From: Eledone cirrhosa
Taxonomy: Eukaryota
NCBI GenBank assembly: GCA_964016885.1
Contig: OZ024742.1
Coordinates: 82,522,001 to 82,586,000, forward strand
Direction: 5' to 3'
DNA: 64,000 nt
This document shows, piece by piece, positions 1-13,560 of the stretch. The position numbers were made by a program, and so were the translations under genes. The notes beneath the pieces are model-generated. The model saw nothing but the letters and a program-made list of their open reading frames with translations. It had not been told where the DNA came from and made no database searches. Within the stretch, counting starts at the first letter, position 1; the number at the start of each line of letters is the position of its first letter.

Positions 1-304
1 GTTTCAATATATACCTAGCGTGGTTTTGATCAATAATATATTTCGGAAGTATCGTCCTTGATAGATAAAAGTATATAGGACACACCTTTGATGATTGTTT
101 AAAGGAAATTTCGCACCAGTAATTTTCTCACTTCAGAAAGAATGCTTCGTTTTCTTTTTTTTTTCTTTTTTTCCTTTTCGTTTTTCCTTCAATGAAAGTA
201 CATAAACAGGTTTGAATCATGTATAGGCAACCACAGATAGATAGAACAGCAGGCATAGAAATAAAAACATATCCATGTGACAATATATACATATATATAT
301 ATAT

Positions 305-392
305 GTGTGTGTGTATCTGTGTGCGTGTGTGTATGTGTGTGTGTGTGTGTGTGAGTATATATATATGTGTGTGTGTGTGTGTGTGCGCGCGC

Positions 393-440
<48 letters not shown>

Positions 441-446
441 GTGTGA
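305..446. repeat. (TG)n/(TA)n compound microsatellite
   Basis: Direct dinucleotide runs; they explain the HTHT/CVCV ORFs. Confidence 0.95.
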
Positions 447-675
447 GTGGACAGACCTCCAATTACAATCAAAGCACACATGGGCTTATAGGAACGTTTG
501 CTATATATATATTTTATTACTTATAGGTAGGTTTATTTTCTGAATTTCTGACTTTTATTTCTACTGTCATCCTAATGCTATTCAATTTCTAATATACGTC
601 CGATCATAATTCAATCTCGCAGAGGATATTAACTTTCAGTCATTTGTGTTTGAATTCATTTTTTTTATATTTAAT

Positions 676-1030
<355 letters not shown>

Positions 1031-1034
1031 TTGG

Positions 1035-1320
1035 TTTAATAACCGGATGTTTGTATAAGTGTTAATTGCCAAGCCTCTTTCGTCACACATTCTGTGACCT
1101 CCTCATTGACTACTTTTGTTGTTATTTTGTATCTCTCCTTTGTCCTGTCCTACACCTTGTTTTACCAGGTGTGTAGTTGGGCTGCGCATTCGTTATATCT
1201 GTCTCTGTGTGGTTTTGTGTGCGTTATTTTATTTATCTATTTATCTATTTTACTATATGTATTCATTATTCATTGATAGGTTAACTTTGCCTTTCATGCT
1301 TACAGGGTCAATACAATAAA
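1035..1320 (-). mobile_element. pseudo-LTR fragment related to the PLE at 9856-11385
   Basis: ctttcgtcacacattctgtgacctc matches 10090-10115 and 20038-20065; decayed HHR on the minus strand. Confidence 0.65.
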
Positions 1321-1433
1321 GTAATTGGTGGCGTTGTGCCTAAAGTAGAAACAATTATTTATTGATAGGTTTATTTACTTGTCACTAGTTGGTTACTTGT
1401 TCTATCTGTGTGTCTGGTTTTTTTTTCTATATA

Positions 1434-1477
<44 letters not shown>

Positions 1478-2751
1478 TATACGGGATAACAGATTATTGT
1501 TATAGGTAGTCCACTTATGTGTAGTCTAGTTAGGGTACTCCGAGTAGTGGATGATATCAACGCTTGGCTAAGTTTGACTCAACAATCGAACCAACATAAC
1601 TTACCATTCAACATATGATACCCACACCATTACACGGACCACCACAGAACTATAATCATTAAACAGATTCTAGTCTTCTTAATTCTATACTACAGTAATG
1701 TCTGCAAATATCTCATCAACCCATAAATATATCCCTTCTCAGCTGCTGTCACCCTAGTCTCTCAACAGATGAACCTAAATCCAAGTACATTTTCAGAATA
1801 CTACCACAGAAAAATATCACCTTCCTCCTGTTGTTATAATTGTAGTCAGCATGCTTTCTCTCTATATATATATTGCCTCCTTAACCCCTGTATTAACTTA
1901 CCTATTATATTGCTACTCTGTTAATATTATCTTATACATGTATGTTATTGATGGTGTGAAAGCTAAACAACCCCATGTTTCAAACTAACAATCCCTTCAT
2001 CTAATATAGACCACATAAATATTGAATCCACTTCACACCACAAATATTACTAGTCTCACTACAATGATAAATATTGTATCTGTCAGATAATAAATAATTC
2101 TTACGGTCACCAGACCTACGGTAAAGGAAATGTTACATTGTTTAAAGCCCCGGCTTATCTCTACACTATATATAATACACTACGTTTTACAAATCAATTG
2201 CATACATCTGCCTCATATCAGCTCGATTTACATGCTAAAGTCGTAGGTATACTCTATTTCTTAATTAGAATGATGTTGTGATTATTTCAAATAATTTATT
2301 GATAGCATTGTTAGTGTTGTTCTCATTGTTCTGAATGAATGCCATTACTATATATAGAAGCCATGCCTGTGTATTCCCTTCATTCTCGCTAGCTCTGTAT
2401 TGGTGATCGAATGACGCGAAAACAGGCGGGTAGCGATCTCTAGACCTACCAGTTCAGAGAAACAATTGTCAGCAATGTGACTAAAAACCTTTTTTGTATA
2501 GCAAACCGTGTCTTTCTTCTTTCTTGATTTATTATTATTCCAAGTGTTAACAACATAGAAGTCACCGCGTACACGCAGCATCAATATGGAAACGCCTTGT
2601 TGAGTCAAACTTAACCAGGCGTTGATATCATCCACTACTCGGAGTACCATAACTGGACTACACTTAAGTGGACTACCTATAACAATAATCTGTTATCCCG
2701 TATACATAGCTCCCACCTGGATGAGCAACACCATTAACGCACGGCAACAAC

Positions 2752-5134
2752 ATGGAAAAGCACCGTATAGGAATGTCACTGAAAAACATACCTATACTTA
2801 CAAATAAGGACTATACACTAGGCATGATACAACGGACTAATGATTTCATTCGTAGGGCCCGATGGAAGGCTTACCACTTCGACAAAGGACCAGCTATTAA
2901 CGCAAGAGAATTTTCTAAGGAGAATTATGGATTCAAATCCTGCAAAAACCCTCAAAACAACCCCCCACTCGATGCCTTATGAATATGATAAGTGAAACAA
3001 ATTCAAAAAAAGAACACATCACAACAAATTACAAAATGACATCAATACACTACTAAAAAAACTAAAAGACACTAACGGTATCATAGTAAAGGCAGACAAA
3101 ACATCAAACGTATATTCTATGGACCTTAACACATACAATAATTTTATTCAGCGTGAACTACACACAAAATACAAAAAAACAAATGAATCCACACTCATCA
3201 GCATTAACGTGGAGGGCCTTAGGATAGTAAATAAACTCGGAATACCCGATAGGACCGAGCCTCTAACCCCAGGCAACCCCACATTTAACCTGAAGGATCA
3301 CAAAAATAATTTTGAAACAAACCCTACTATCAGATTAATATGCCCATCTAAGTCAGATATAGGTAAAATTAGCAAGAATATTCTAGATAGAGTAATTGCA
3401 CAAATAAAGGGAAAACTAGAAGTCAATTTATGGGGAAACACTAACGAGGCGATTGAATGGTTCAATAAAATGAGAAATAGAGGGTCATGTAACTTCATAC
3501 AATTCGATATAAACGATTACTATGCATCCATATCCCCAGCCACCCTAGATAAAGCGCTTATATTTGCCCAAAACAACTCCGATCTTATCCCTGAGGAAAT
3601 TGAAATAATAATAGCGGCTAGAAGGACTATCATAAAATTTGAAAATAGCTACTGGGTAAGAAAAGATAGGATAAACAGCTTCGATATCACAATGGGATGA
3701 AATGACTCTGCGCAAATCACTGACGTCGTGGGGCTATTTATAGCACACAACCTACATAAAGAATTCAGTAACATCCAAGGAGGGATTTATAGAGAAGACA
3801 CGCTCCTTATAGCTAGGAACTTAAACAACGAGAGCATAGACAGATAAATAAAGAACATTAGAACATTCTTCAAAAAACTAGGCCTAAGTATCACCTACGA
3901 ACTGAACCATAAAAAGATAAACTTTATAGATATGACTCTAAATCTAAATACGGGATTAATAGAACTCTTCCACAAAAATAATGAAAATCTGGCCTACATT
4001 AGTTATAACTCAAACCACCCCAGATCCATAGCACGTAGTATATCCCATAGAATATCCCGCTTATCCTCAAACCTAGAAATGTTTAATGAACATGCTAACT
4101 ATTATAACGCGGCATTACATAGGGCCGGACATAAAGAAAAGCTGCAGTTTATAACGAATAAAGACGACTTAAACAAACCTACTAACAACGACACCTACCG
4201 CTCACACAAAAATAGAGGTAACAGGACTAGACATAGAGTTAGGCACGTAGCACCGAGAGTAAGTGGTCCAAACACCAATAATGTAAACCCTGGAAACAAT
4301 AGAAGAATCAGAGAAAGAAAATACCTGTGGTTCAATCCAATCTTCAACTCCTCTGTAAAAACTATACTGCCTTCTACGTTCTTTAAACTAATAGATAAAC
4401 ATTTCCCTATATCACACAGATATCATAAAATATTAAATAGAAAAACTATAAAACTTTCATACTCTACGGCTGCAAATATAGAATCACACATACGCAAGAT
4501 CAACCACAGAAATACCTCTAGGGAATCCGCCCCACCTATGCAACCAAATTATAAACATAAACACATCACAGTATCACAACCGCAAACGCATACAAGCACC
4601 CCGCAGCAAAACCTTAACGGGCATGAGTCGCAACCCTCTTATAGCAGTGTACAAAACAGCAGTGAGGAAGCTGCTAGGAATAACACCTCAAATTGCAACT
4701 GTCACCTACCGGATAGGTTCCCATTGGCGAACAGATGCCTTGATTAGAGCCTAGTGTACATGTGTACGGTCAACTCGGGCAACTCCACTTGGCATTACAT
4801 TGGATCCACCGCGGGTAATTTTAAAAAAAGATGGTATGTGCACAGACACGCGATGAAGAACCGTGCACTTATGGGTTCTACAACCCTCGCCAAAAAAATC
4901 TGGGAACTTAAAGACAGTAACACCAACTTCAATATCAACTGGTCGAGGTTGTCGGCCGCAAGGGCTTACAGTACCGGTATGTCCTACTGTAGGCTCTGTG
5001 ATTCTGAATTACTGTATATCCTTAGGAATGAAAAAAGGCTACTCAACAACAAGATAGAAAGATCAATTTTCTGCAGACACAGGATCGCCACTAAATTCAC
5101 GAGATTTAAGCCTCCGTGTATCGAACCAACATAA
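2752..5134 (+). pseudogene. PLE reverse transcriptase plus GIY-YIG endonuclease polyprotein (disrupted)
   Basis: Motifs SLKNIP..FIRRARWKA, KADKTSN, LKDHKNNF..PTIRLICP, QFDINDYYASI, TMG*NDSAQ, GIYREDT (YRDD-like), NFIDMT, SNHP, WFNP, CNC, LVYMC..YIGST, CRLC..E, LLN..CRH. Frameshift near 2980 and in-frame stops at 3698 (TGA), 3845 (TAA) and 4745 (TAG). Confidence 0.92.
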
Positions 5135-5950
5135 CTTAGCATTCAACATATGATACCCACACTATTACACGCACCACCACAGAACTATAATCATTAAGCA
5201 GATTCTAGCCTTCTTAATTCTATACAACAGTAATGTCTGCAAATATCTTATCAACCCATAAATATATCCCTCTCGGCTGCTGTCAACACAACTTCTTCAC
5301 CCTAGACTCTCAACAGATGAACCTAATCCAAGTACATTTTCAGAATACTACCAGAGAAAAACATCACCTTCCTCCTGTTGTTATAATTGTAGTCAGCATG
5401 CTTTCTCTCTCTATATATATATGTTGGCTCCTTAACCTCTGTATTAAATGACCTATTATATTGCTACTCTGTTAATGTTATCTTATACATGTATGTTATT
5501 GATGATGTGAAAGCTAAACAATCCGATGATTCAAACTGACAATCCATTCATCTAATATAGATCACATAAATATTGAATCCACTTCACACCACAAATATTA
5601 CTATCCTCACTACAATGATAAATATTTTATCTGACAGATAATAAATAAGTCTTACGGTCACCCGACCTACGGTAAAGGAAATGGTACATTGTTTAAAGCC
5701 CTGGCTTATCTCTACACTATATATACTACACCCCGTGACAGCTTTTACATGTCAATTTCATACATCTGCCTCATATCAGCTCGTTTTACATGCTAAACTC
5801 GTGGGGATACTCTATGTCTTAATTAGATTGATGTTGTGATTATTTCAAATAATTTATTGCTAGCATTGTTAGTATTGTTGTTATTGTTCTGATTGAATGA
5901 CATTACTACTATATAGTAGCCATGCCTGTATATTCTTTTCACTCTCACAA

Positions 5951-6056
5951 GCTCCGATGAATTGACTGGTTACAACTATGTATTAGTGATCGAATGACGT
6001 GAAAACAGGCGGGTAGCGATCTCTAGACCTACCAGTTCAGAGAAACAATTGTCAGC
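5951..6056 (+). ncRNA. Hammerhead-like motif in the Naiad pLTR (core CCGAUGA, 81-nt domain II); second copy at 6637-6742
   Basis: gct-CCGATGA-ttgactgg...ccagttcaga-GAAA-CAATTG-TC-agc. The 5' pLTR copy (about 2390-2473) has lost the core. Confidence 0.55.
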
Positions 6057-6109
6057 AATGCGATTAAAAACCTTTTTTGTATAGCAAACCGTGTCACTCT
6101 TTTTTCGTG

Positions 6110-6145
<36 letters not shown>

Positions 6146-6955
6146 TTATTTAATACATTAACAGAGAAAGCTTTAAGCAATACTCCGACCGGCTTCCGTC
6201 TCACTCAACAAACATTAGGATATACCTTAGTATAATCCCAATTATAAACGAATATTACGACCGCCTGTCCTACATTGTTTAAAAACACCGGCTTATCTTT
6301 ACACTAGATATAATACACTCCAAGACAGCTTTTACATGTCAATTTTATATATCTGCCTCATGTCAGCTAGTTTTACACGCTAAAATCGTAGATATACTAT
6401 ACTTCCCACCTAGATTGATGTTGTGATTATTTCAAATAATTTATTGTCAGCAATGCGATTAAAAACCTTTTTTGTATAGCAAACCGTGTCACTCTTCTTT
6501 CGTGCTATATATATATATATATATATATATTTTACACGCTAAAATCGTAGATATACTATACTTCCCACCTAGATTGATGTGATTATTTCAAATAATTTAT
6601 TGTCAGCAATGCGATTAAAAACCTTTTTTCTCACAAGCTCCGATGAATTGACTGGTTACAACTATGTATTAGTGATCGAATGACGTGAAAACAGGCGTGT
6701 AGCGATCTCTAGACCTACCAGTTCAGAGAAACAATTGTCAGCAATGAGATTAAAAATCTTTTTTGTATAGCAAACCGTGTTACTCTTCTTTCCTGATTTA
6801 TCATTACTCCAAGTGTTTACAACACAGGAATTACAGCGTACTCGCAACATATTTATGGAAACGCCTTGTTGAGTCAAACTTAGCCAAGCGTTGATATCAT
6901 CCACTACCCGGAGTACCATAACTGGACTACACCTATAACAATAATTTATTACCCC

Positions 6956-7008
<53 letters not shown>

Positions 7009-7874
7009 GATATTAAATAAATGGAAACTATATTTATAAAACCATCATTAGTTTATTATATACATTTCAAGGGTACCACGACACATTGATACGCTTTCAT
7101 CAGATAAAATACAAATTTTGTTACATAAATAGAGACATACCCATGAAACCCATACCTTATCGGTTGGAAATTCACTGGATAGGGGAAATATATTATGGAT
7201 TTTTCAAACTTATGTGTGAATAAGCAAATGAATATGTAAATAATTGAAAAACAACAGTTTATTTAAACGACTGTGGAGAGAGAGAAGAGATGTGAGGAGA
7301 GGATCAAATAGTGCGAGAGATAGAAAGAGAGAGAAGAAAAAAACAAGAGAAGATAATAAAACTCATATAACGTTAATTTGAGGGAAATGTATTTTAAGTA
7401 TATGCATTAATAGTGAGTGTATTTACGATTATTATTTGTTTAAAATTTGTTTATAATATAATTGTTTCTACTTTAGGCACAAGGCAAGCAATAACCCAGT
7501 GTATTACTGGTACTTTATTTTATCAATAGATTTATAACCACTAACAGCTTCTGGCAACATTTATACTTATTTCAACTAAATTGTCTCACACTAACGAATA
7601 AATAAATTAAGCCGGAGTTTTTTCCGTATATTCCCATTTTTATTTAATTCAACTTAATATGTATTTACATTAAATACAAAACCAATACCCCTCATAACTC
7701 ATTAGAACAATTATCTATAACATGATATACCCATCTATTTATTTATTTATTCATGTATTTAATTATTTATGTATTATTTATGTATTTATTTATTTATTTA
7801 TCTATTTATTTATCTACTTATAACAGAAGAAAAGTATTATATTATAAACAAATTATATTATATTTTAAACAAAG

Positions 7875-8068
7875 GGCCGTGTATTGGCAGTATCGGTAGA
7901 GGGTCGGACGCCATACTTTGCAGCACAGTTACGTTCCTTTATGGACTGAGTTCAAATCCCGCCGAGGTTAACTTTGCCGTTCATCCTTACGGAGTCGATA
8001 AAATAATGTACCAGTAATACACTAGGATAATTGCTGGCCTTGTGCCAAAAGTAGAAACAATTATATTA
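7875..8068 (+). mobile_element. tRNA-derived SINE
   Basis: A box TGGCAGTATCGG, B box GAGTTCAAATCC, central tcatccttacggagtcgataaa, tail ggccttgtgccaaaagtagaaacaatta. Confidence 0.85.
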
Positions 8069-8407
8069 TAAACAAATTTTAAACAAATAATAATCGTAAA
8101 TACACTCACTATTAAGATATATACTTAGAATATATTTCCCTCAAATTAACGTTATATGAGTTTTATTCATCTTCTCTTGTTTTCTTTCTTTTCTCTCTCT
8201 AGCACTATTTTATCCTCTCCTCATATCTCTTTTCTCTCTCTCCATAGTCGTTCAAATAGGCGGTTGTTTTTCCATTATTTACATATTCATTAGCATATTC
8301 ACATATAAGTTTGAAAAATCCCTAATATATTTCCACTATCCAGTGAATCTCAAACCGATAAGGTATGGGTTTCATGGGTATGTCTCTATTTATAAAACAA
8401 ACTTTGT

Positions 8408-8466
8408 ATTTTATCTGATGAAAGCGTACCCATGTATTGGTACTCTTGAAATATATATAATAAAAT
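8408..8466 (+). ncRNA. Type-I hammerhead ribozyme (family E); inverse copy at 7052-7110
   Basis: attttat-CTGATGA-aagcgtacc..ggtactctt-GAAA-TATATA-TA-ataaaat; 7-bp stem I and palindromic stem III. Confidence 0.8.
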
Positions 8467-8717
8467 AAATATGGTTTTATAAATATAGTTTTCATTTATT
8501 TAACATCATTGAATATTTACTCCAGTAAACTGTTGAGTGTTCTAAATCAGTTATAAACATTTATATTTGTTGGACTTCCAACAAATTAAATACCCCTTCT
8601 ACAAATTAAATACCCCTTCTATATATAGTAACAATAATTAATTTGAAGACTAAAATCCAAAGAGGGCTCGATAAGGATAAATATATATCAAATATATAAG
8701 AACCGTAGAGCAAATAT

Positions 8718-9021
8718 TTATTAAACTAACAGATTAAGGTTTAAGCAAAGAATCGCTGCCTTCACCCTTAACGGGATCTTCTGAAACTAACAAAGGCAAT
8801 CTGCGAACGCAGAATTGAATATTTCAAAAAACGTTGCAACCAGAGGAAGTCAGGAAGACGATACTTTGGTTCGTGTAAACGTTCCCTATACAAATTACTG
8901 GTTGCAACATTTTTTGAAATATTCACTTCTGTGTTCACAGATTGTCTTTGTTAGTTTCAGAAGATCCCGTTAAGGGTGAAAGCAGCGATTCTTTGCTTAC
9001 ACTTTAATCTGTTATTTTAAT
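8718..9021. mobile_element. Fold-back element, family H (arms 8718-8842 and 8897-9021)
   Basis: About 125-bp inverted arms; a single-arm copy lies at 60281-60480. Confidence 0.75.
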
Positions 9022-9024
9022 TAC

Positions 9025-9056
<32 letters not shown>

Positions 9057-9057
<1 letters not shown>

Positions 9058-9469
9058 ACATCAAAAGATGGTTAAAAGAGTTCCATGTATTTTATTATGC
9101 GCATTTCAAAAACAAATATCATCATGCAATAACATTTGTGTTTTCATCAGATAAAATAGGAAGACATGATATGAATATTAAAAAACACTTGTGGATAGTG
9201 CAGTTTTAAATCAACATATGTTGATTTAAAATTGCACTATCCACAAGTGTTTTTTAACCTTCATATCATGTCTTACTATTTTATCTGATGAAAACACAAA
9301 TGTTATTGCATGATGATATTTTTTTTGAACTGTGCATAATAAAATACATGGAACTCTTTTAACCAGCTTTTGATCTTATATATTATGTATACTCCAGTAC
9401 TACAAACTGTAGAGTGCTTCTTATCCGATATCTGCATTGCTTTATTGTACTACAATAAAACTCACCTCC

Positions 9470-9472
<3 letters not shown>
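9057..9472. mobile_element. Fold-back copy of a Naiad pLTR end (family G) with HHR motifs at 9088-9157 (-) and 9278-9346 (+)
   Basis: Pivot at tcaacatatgttga (about 9218). Same sequence as 14291-14433, 15518-15680 and 17180-17270. Flanked by (TA)n. Confidence 0.85.
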
Positions 9473-9558
<86 letters not shown>

Positions 9559-9750
9559 ATGCTATTTCAAGCGTTGACCTAATATATTCCTACCATATAC
9601 TGTGCCGATTGTGTTGTCATTACTGTTAGATTTTGGATATTTATTTACATATTTTTTTCCCAAAATTTTTGCCCGTTATTTTATTTCAGCCTGACTTTCA
9701 TTTATCCTAAACTCTGTTTTCAAATCCATATTACTATTCCATGAATAAAT

Positions 9751-9817
9751 ATTTCTTCTGATGAATGAAGACTGACATAAGTATCTGTCTTCAAGAAACC
9801 ACTGGCAAATGAAATAA
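9751..9817 (+). ncRNA. Decayed hammerhead-like motif in a TA-flanked repeat (9556-9845)
   Basis: atttctt-CTGATGA-atgaagac..gtcttcaa-GAAACCACTGG-CA-aatgaaat; the cleavage triplet is non-canonical. Confidence 0.5.
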
Positions 9818-9855
9818 TTATCTTTTGTTGATTGTTGGATAACTATATATATATA

Positions 9856-11385
9856 TTTCGTTTCTGAATTTGTTTAGCAAGATGCTTTATCTGAAATCGT
9901 GTGTTGAAACCGATATTGTTATACTTTGAGAGAGTCATGTTGCCAATAAGAAACACACGCACCAGCTGCTTTCACTTCAATTTATTATATATGTATAAAT
10001 TTATAAATTTACAAATCTACAAACTTATAAATTTCTGGTTGGTTGGTTGGTTCCACAACCAGATAGTTGTTTATATATAGTCATAGTCCTTTCGTCACAC
10101 ACTTTGTGACCTCTTCAGTGACTGGGGATTCCTTTCTTTGTTTCTGTGCCTTTCCTTTCTTCTGTCCTACGCCATTTTGTTTCTGTGTGTGTGTTGTGTG
10201 CTCAGTTTGCGCATGCGCCACATCCGGGTGTCTGTGTGTGTTTGTGTTCATTTATCTATTTGTTTATTTATTTACATATTGTTGGTTGGTTGTTTGTTCT
10301 ATGTGTGTGTGTGTTTTCATTTTGTCCTTAATTGTAAGTTGAGATGTTGCTGTTCCACTCATATTTTCTATTTAATTTTGGTTGTAATTCTTTTATGCTT
10401 ACTGCCTCTGTAATTTGCCTAAACATTGCATCTTTTCTGTGTGTGGATTCTATTTTTATTTCTATGTTCTCTAATTTACCCATGTGTTCTATCTTAGCAT
10501 GTTGGTAGAGTACAGATGATTCTTTATTATCTTGAAGGTCTCGCCAGTGTTCATTTATTCGTTCCCCTATACTACGAGCTGTCTCACCTATGTACACTAT
10601 ATTTTTGTTTCTATATTGTCCTTCAGTACATCTTATGCTATACACTACATTTCTAGTTTTACAGTTAATATGGGGGCTTATTTTACAGGTTATACATTTC
10701 TTATCTATACATGAGGGTCTTTGGAACGGGTATGTCTTGCTAATAAGTGTTTTTACGGAGGTACCTGGTCTTTCTACTATCTTAATATTGAGTTCATGTT
10801 TATTTAGGGCCCTTCTAAATGTGTAGGCTAGTTCGCCTCTAGGGGTTGTATTGATGAACATTACACTCTGGTATTTATTGCTATCATACCATGAGTTTAT
10901 TCTATTGGCCTTGTTCCTAGTTCTTTCTATTCTATTCCAAAATTAGCTCCTATACAAGGGGCAGGTCCCATTTATGTCATTATTTACCATTTTTTCCCAT
11001 TTGGTTCTGGCTCCTCTATACACTCTGATTCTATCTCTCTGATTGTAGCCAGAGAACTGCATACGGTGGATGAAGTGTTGTATGTGTCTCTCTAGTTCTT
11101 CGGGGTTGCACATGCGGGACACATTTTTCATCACCCGTACCAAATCCGCAATCAGTATGTTGATTTTGGTATAATATTCACTGAAGAGGTCACAGAGTGT
11201 GTGACGAAAGGACTATGACTATATATAAACAACTATCTGGTTGTGGAACCAACCAACCAACCAGAAATTTATAAGTTTGTAGATTTGTAAATTTATAAAT
11301 TTATAAATATATAATAAATTGAAGTGAAAGCAACTGGTGCGTGTGTTTCTTATTGGCAACATGACCCTCCCAAAGTATAACAATA
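9856..11385 (-). mobile_element. 5'-truncated PLE of a second lineage with an inverted pLTR copy
   Basis: 9915-10121 is the reverse complement of 11178-11385. Internal RT thumb plus GIY-YIG. HHR CTGAAGA-ggtcaca..tgtgac-GAAAGGACTA at 11177-11220 and 10078-10123 (-). (TA)n flanks. Confidence 0.9.
10328..11170 (-). pseudogene. PLE RT C-terminus plus GIY-YIG endonuclease fragment
   Basis: MQFSGY..PLYR*, TPRGEL, VERPG, C..C..C..C, NVVYSIRC..VYIGETARSIGERINEH, RQITEAVSI, LNRKYEW; one in-frame stop at 10943. Confidence 0.9.
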
Positions 11386-11391
11386 TATATA

Positions 11392-11499
<108 letters not shown>

Positions 11500-12980
11500 T
11501 ATATATATATATTAGGTATTAAATTAATGATGAAGTTATTTTGCCTATTCATATCACAATGATATGAATAGGTAAAACATTTTGACCTTGTTTTTATTTT
11601 CATTTTTAATTTAATACCTAATATCTGACTCTGTATCTAAGGAATTAACTCTGCGGAACACGGAACTTTTATATGGACTACTCGCTGGATTACTTGCTAT
11701 TAGATTACATTGACTTCAATCTACAGTACGCCCCTACCACCAAGGGAAAAAAATATATATATATGTTAGTTTTGATGCTCTGAAATAGCGATGTATATAT
11801 AGATATACGTATTGTATACGGGAACAAAACGGTTGTGTCGTAAAAGACACCGACGTGAGTCCAGAAGGGAATAGCAGTTAATAATTGTAATCTGATTTAC
11901 CGATTACAATTAGTCCAGTCATCTTCAGAAACGACCTATGAGTTTTATGCCGTAGATTTGTTGAAGGTTGTAAATTCCACTGATCCGCGGTGTTGTAGAA
12001 TTGGACTCCACTACTGGGAAACGTGATACTGAAAATACCTTGTCTGTCGGAGACTGTAATGTAATGGATCACACTTGCAAAGGGCATTTGCTAGGCTGAA
12101 TGAAAGTAATCTATAACAAGTAAAAATTTCTGATCTAATCAGTTAATTTACTGAAACTTCAGATGAATTTATGACTGTAACTTCTAACCTAATATGGAAC
12201 TTTAATGCAATGGTTGGCACTATTCATTTGAGATCGAGTTTCATGATTGGAAGTAAAAAGTTTCACTTATTCATATTGTTGTAATGGCTTGATTATAAAC
12301 CCATATTTACATCAGAATAATATCCGTATGTATATTTGGTCAGAGGGAAATCGTGGACAAATATTTTAAAAAAATTATACATTTTCTTGTTTCTGATCTC
12401 CTTGCTTCTGTGCTAGATATTAATGAAAAATGAAGGGTGAACCCGCAACTGATGACCATCCAGCTATCTACAGCGTGCGACTAACTTGATTTACAGTTCT
12501 AGCTCAGTCTATAATATAACATATCAAATGATGGCTGCTGATATCAGATCCATGTATGTGCGCCCTATTGCAACCAATTTCAGAGAAATCTCTGAAACAA
12601 CGGAGACAGATAGATCGGAGTGGAGACTGTTGAGCTCAGCAGTTTCCGCTTCGCTTAATATTCAATGGTGGCAGTCACCACTAAATCAATCAAGAGATTA
12701 AAATATTTTCCGAGCGAAGAATATGATTAGAGAGATGTGACATGTAAGTGGTCAACCTCGCTTTTGTGTAATGGTAGAGCAGTCATGCGGATTATGGCAG
12801 ACGTGATTTTTGTCCCAATGGTGATATTCTCAATTTTCCGTCTGTATGAGCTTATATGCCCAACATTCTCGACAACAATTTGTATTAAAGAACGACGTTA
12901 GAGCAGATTACTTTCACATGCATAGACATAGCTTCCTAAATAGGACTAATTATTGCTTCACCTCTACATGCCGATAAATA

Positions 12981-13235
12981 ATTTGTTTCCTTGAGCAAGA
13001 CACTTTATTTCACAGTACTCAGCTGTAGAAATGAGATGATAGGGACTGGGGTCCCTATCATTCCACTGCAAAAGTGGTGGTGGAGGTGCCACAGCAAAAA
13101 AACACCTAGCACACTGTAAATGAGGTTAGCTTTAGGAAGGACATCCAGTTGTAGAAATCAAGCCAGAATCAGTTCCCGTCACCTTTGCAAGCAGGGAAAA
13201 GCGGACATAAAATGATGATGCTGATGATGATGATA
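12981..13235 (+). mobile_element. Fragments of other SINE/LINE-tail repeats ending in (ATG)n
   Basis: ccttgagcaagacactt..ctcagctgtagaaatgag (CORE-like), taggaaggacatccagttgtagaaa, and a (GAT)n tail. Confidence 0.5.
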
Positions 13236-13399
13236 TTAATCTTCATTTGTACATATGCTTTTAACAAAACCCATTTCTGGCATCTTTATTCATAGATTTT
13301 CTTTTACTTTACTTAATTTTCAATCATTTTCATATACCCTCAGGTCTTGATCGTGTTATGCATCACACGTTTTGCTTTTTTATTCCATAATAATATCAA

Positions 13400-13441
13400 C
13401 ATCATCATCATCATCATCATCATCTTCTTCTTCTTCTTCTT

Positions 13442-13501
<60 letters not shown>

Positions 13502-13503
13502 TG

Positions 13504-13558
<55 letters not shown>

Positions 13559-13560
13559 AT
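13400..13560. repeat. (ATC)n-(CTT)n-(ATT)n compound trinucleotide microsatellite
   Basis: Direct observation. Confidence 0.95.

Larger units (their letters stand above)
1481..6958 (+). mobile_element. Near-full-length Penelope-like retroelement, Naiad-type, decayed, inserted in (TA)n
   Basis: Direct pseudo-LTRs at 1586-2701 and 5121-~6110/6630-6958. Segment 1481-1585 is the reverse complement of 2597-2701. RT plus GIY-YIG frame lies between the pLTRs. (TA)n on both sides. Confidence 0.92.
7003..8517. mobile_element. Inverted pair of family E HHR-bearing repeats plus SINE tails (arms 7003-7525 and 7997-8517)
   Basis: The arms are reverse complements over about 520 bp. Further family E copies at 30495-30618, 33597-33880 and 51100-51240. 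Confidence 0.85.

Noticed and set aside
2348-2650. Antisense ORF repeated at 6662-6919
   Set aside because: It lies in the duplicated pLTR, has a non-ATG start and differs in length between copies.
1586-6110. LTR retrotransposon interpretation of the long direct repeats
   Set aside because: No TG..CA ends, PBS, gag or integrase; the GIY-YIG and RT motifs identify a Penelope-like element.
11878-12701. Short ORFs (69 and 71 aa) as host exons or RT remnant (ADIRSMY)
   Set aside because: No convincing splice pair or further motifs; a single short match is chance-level.
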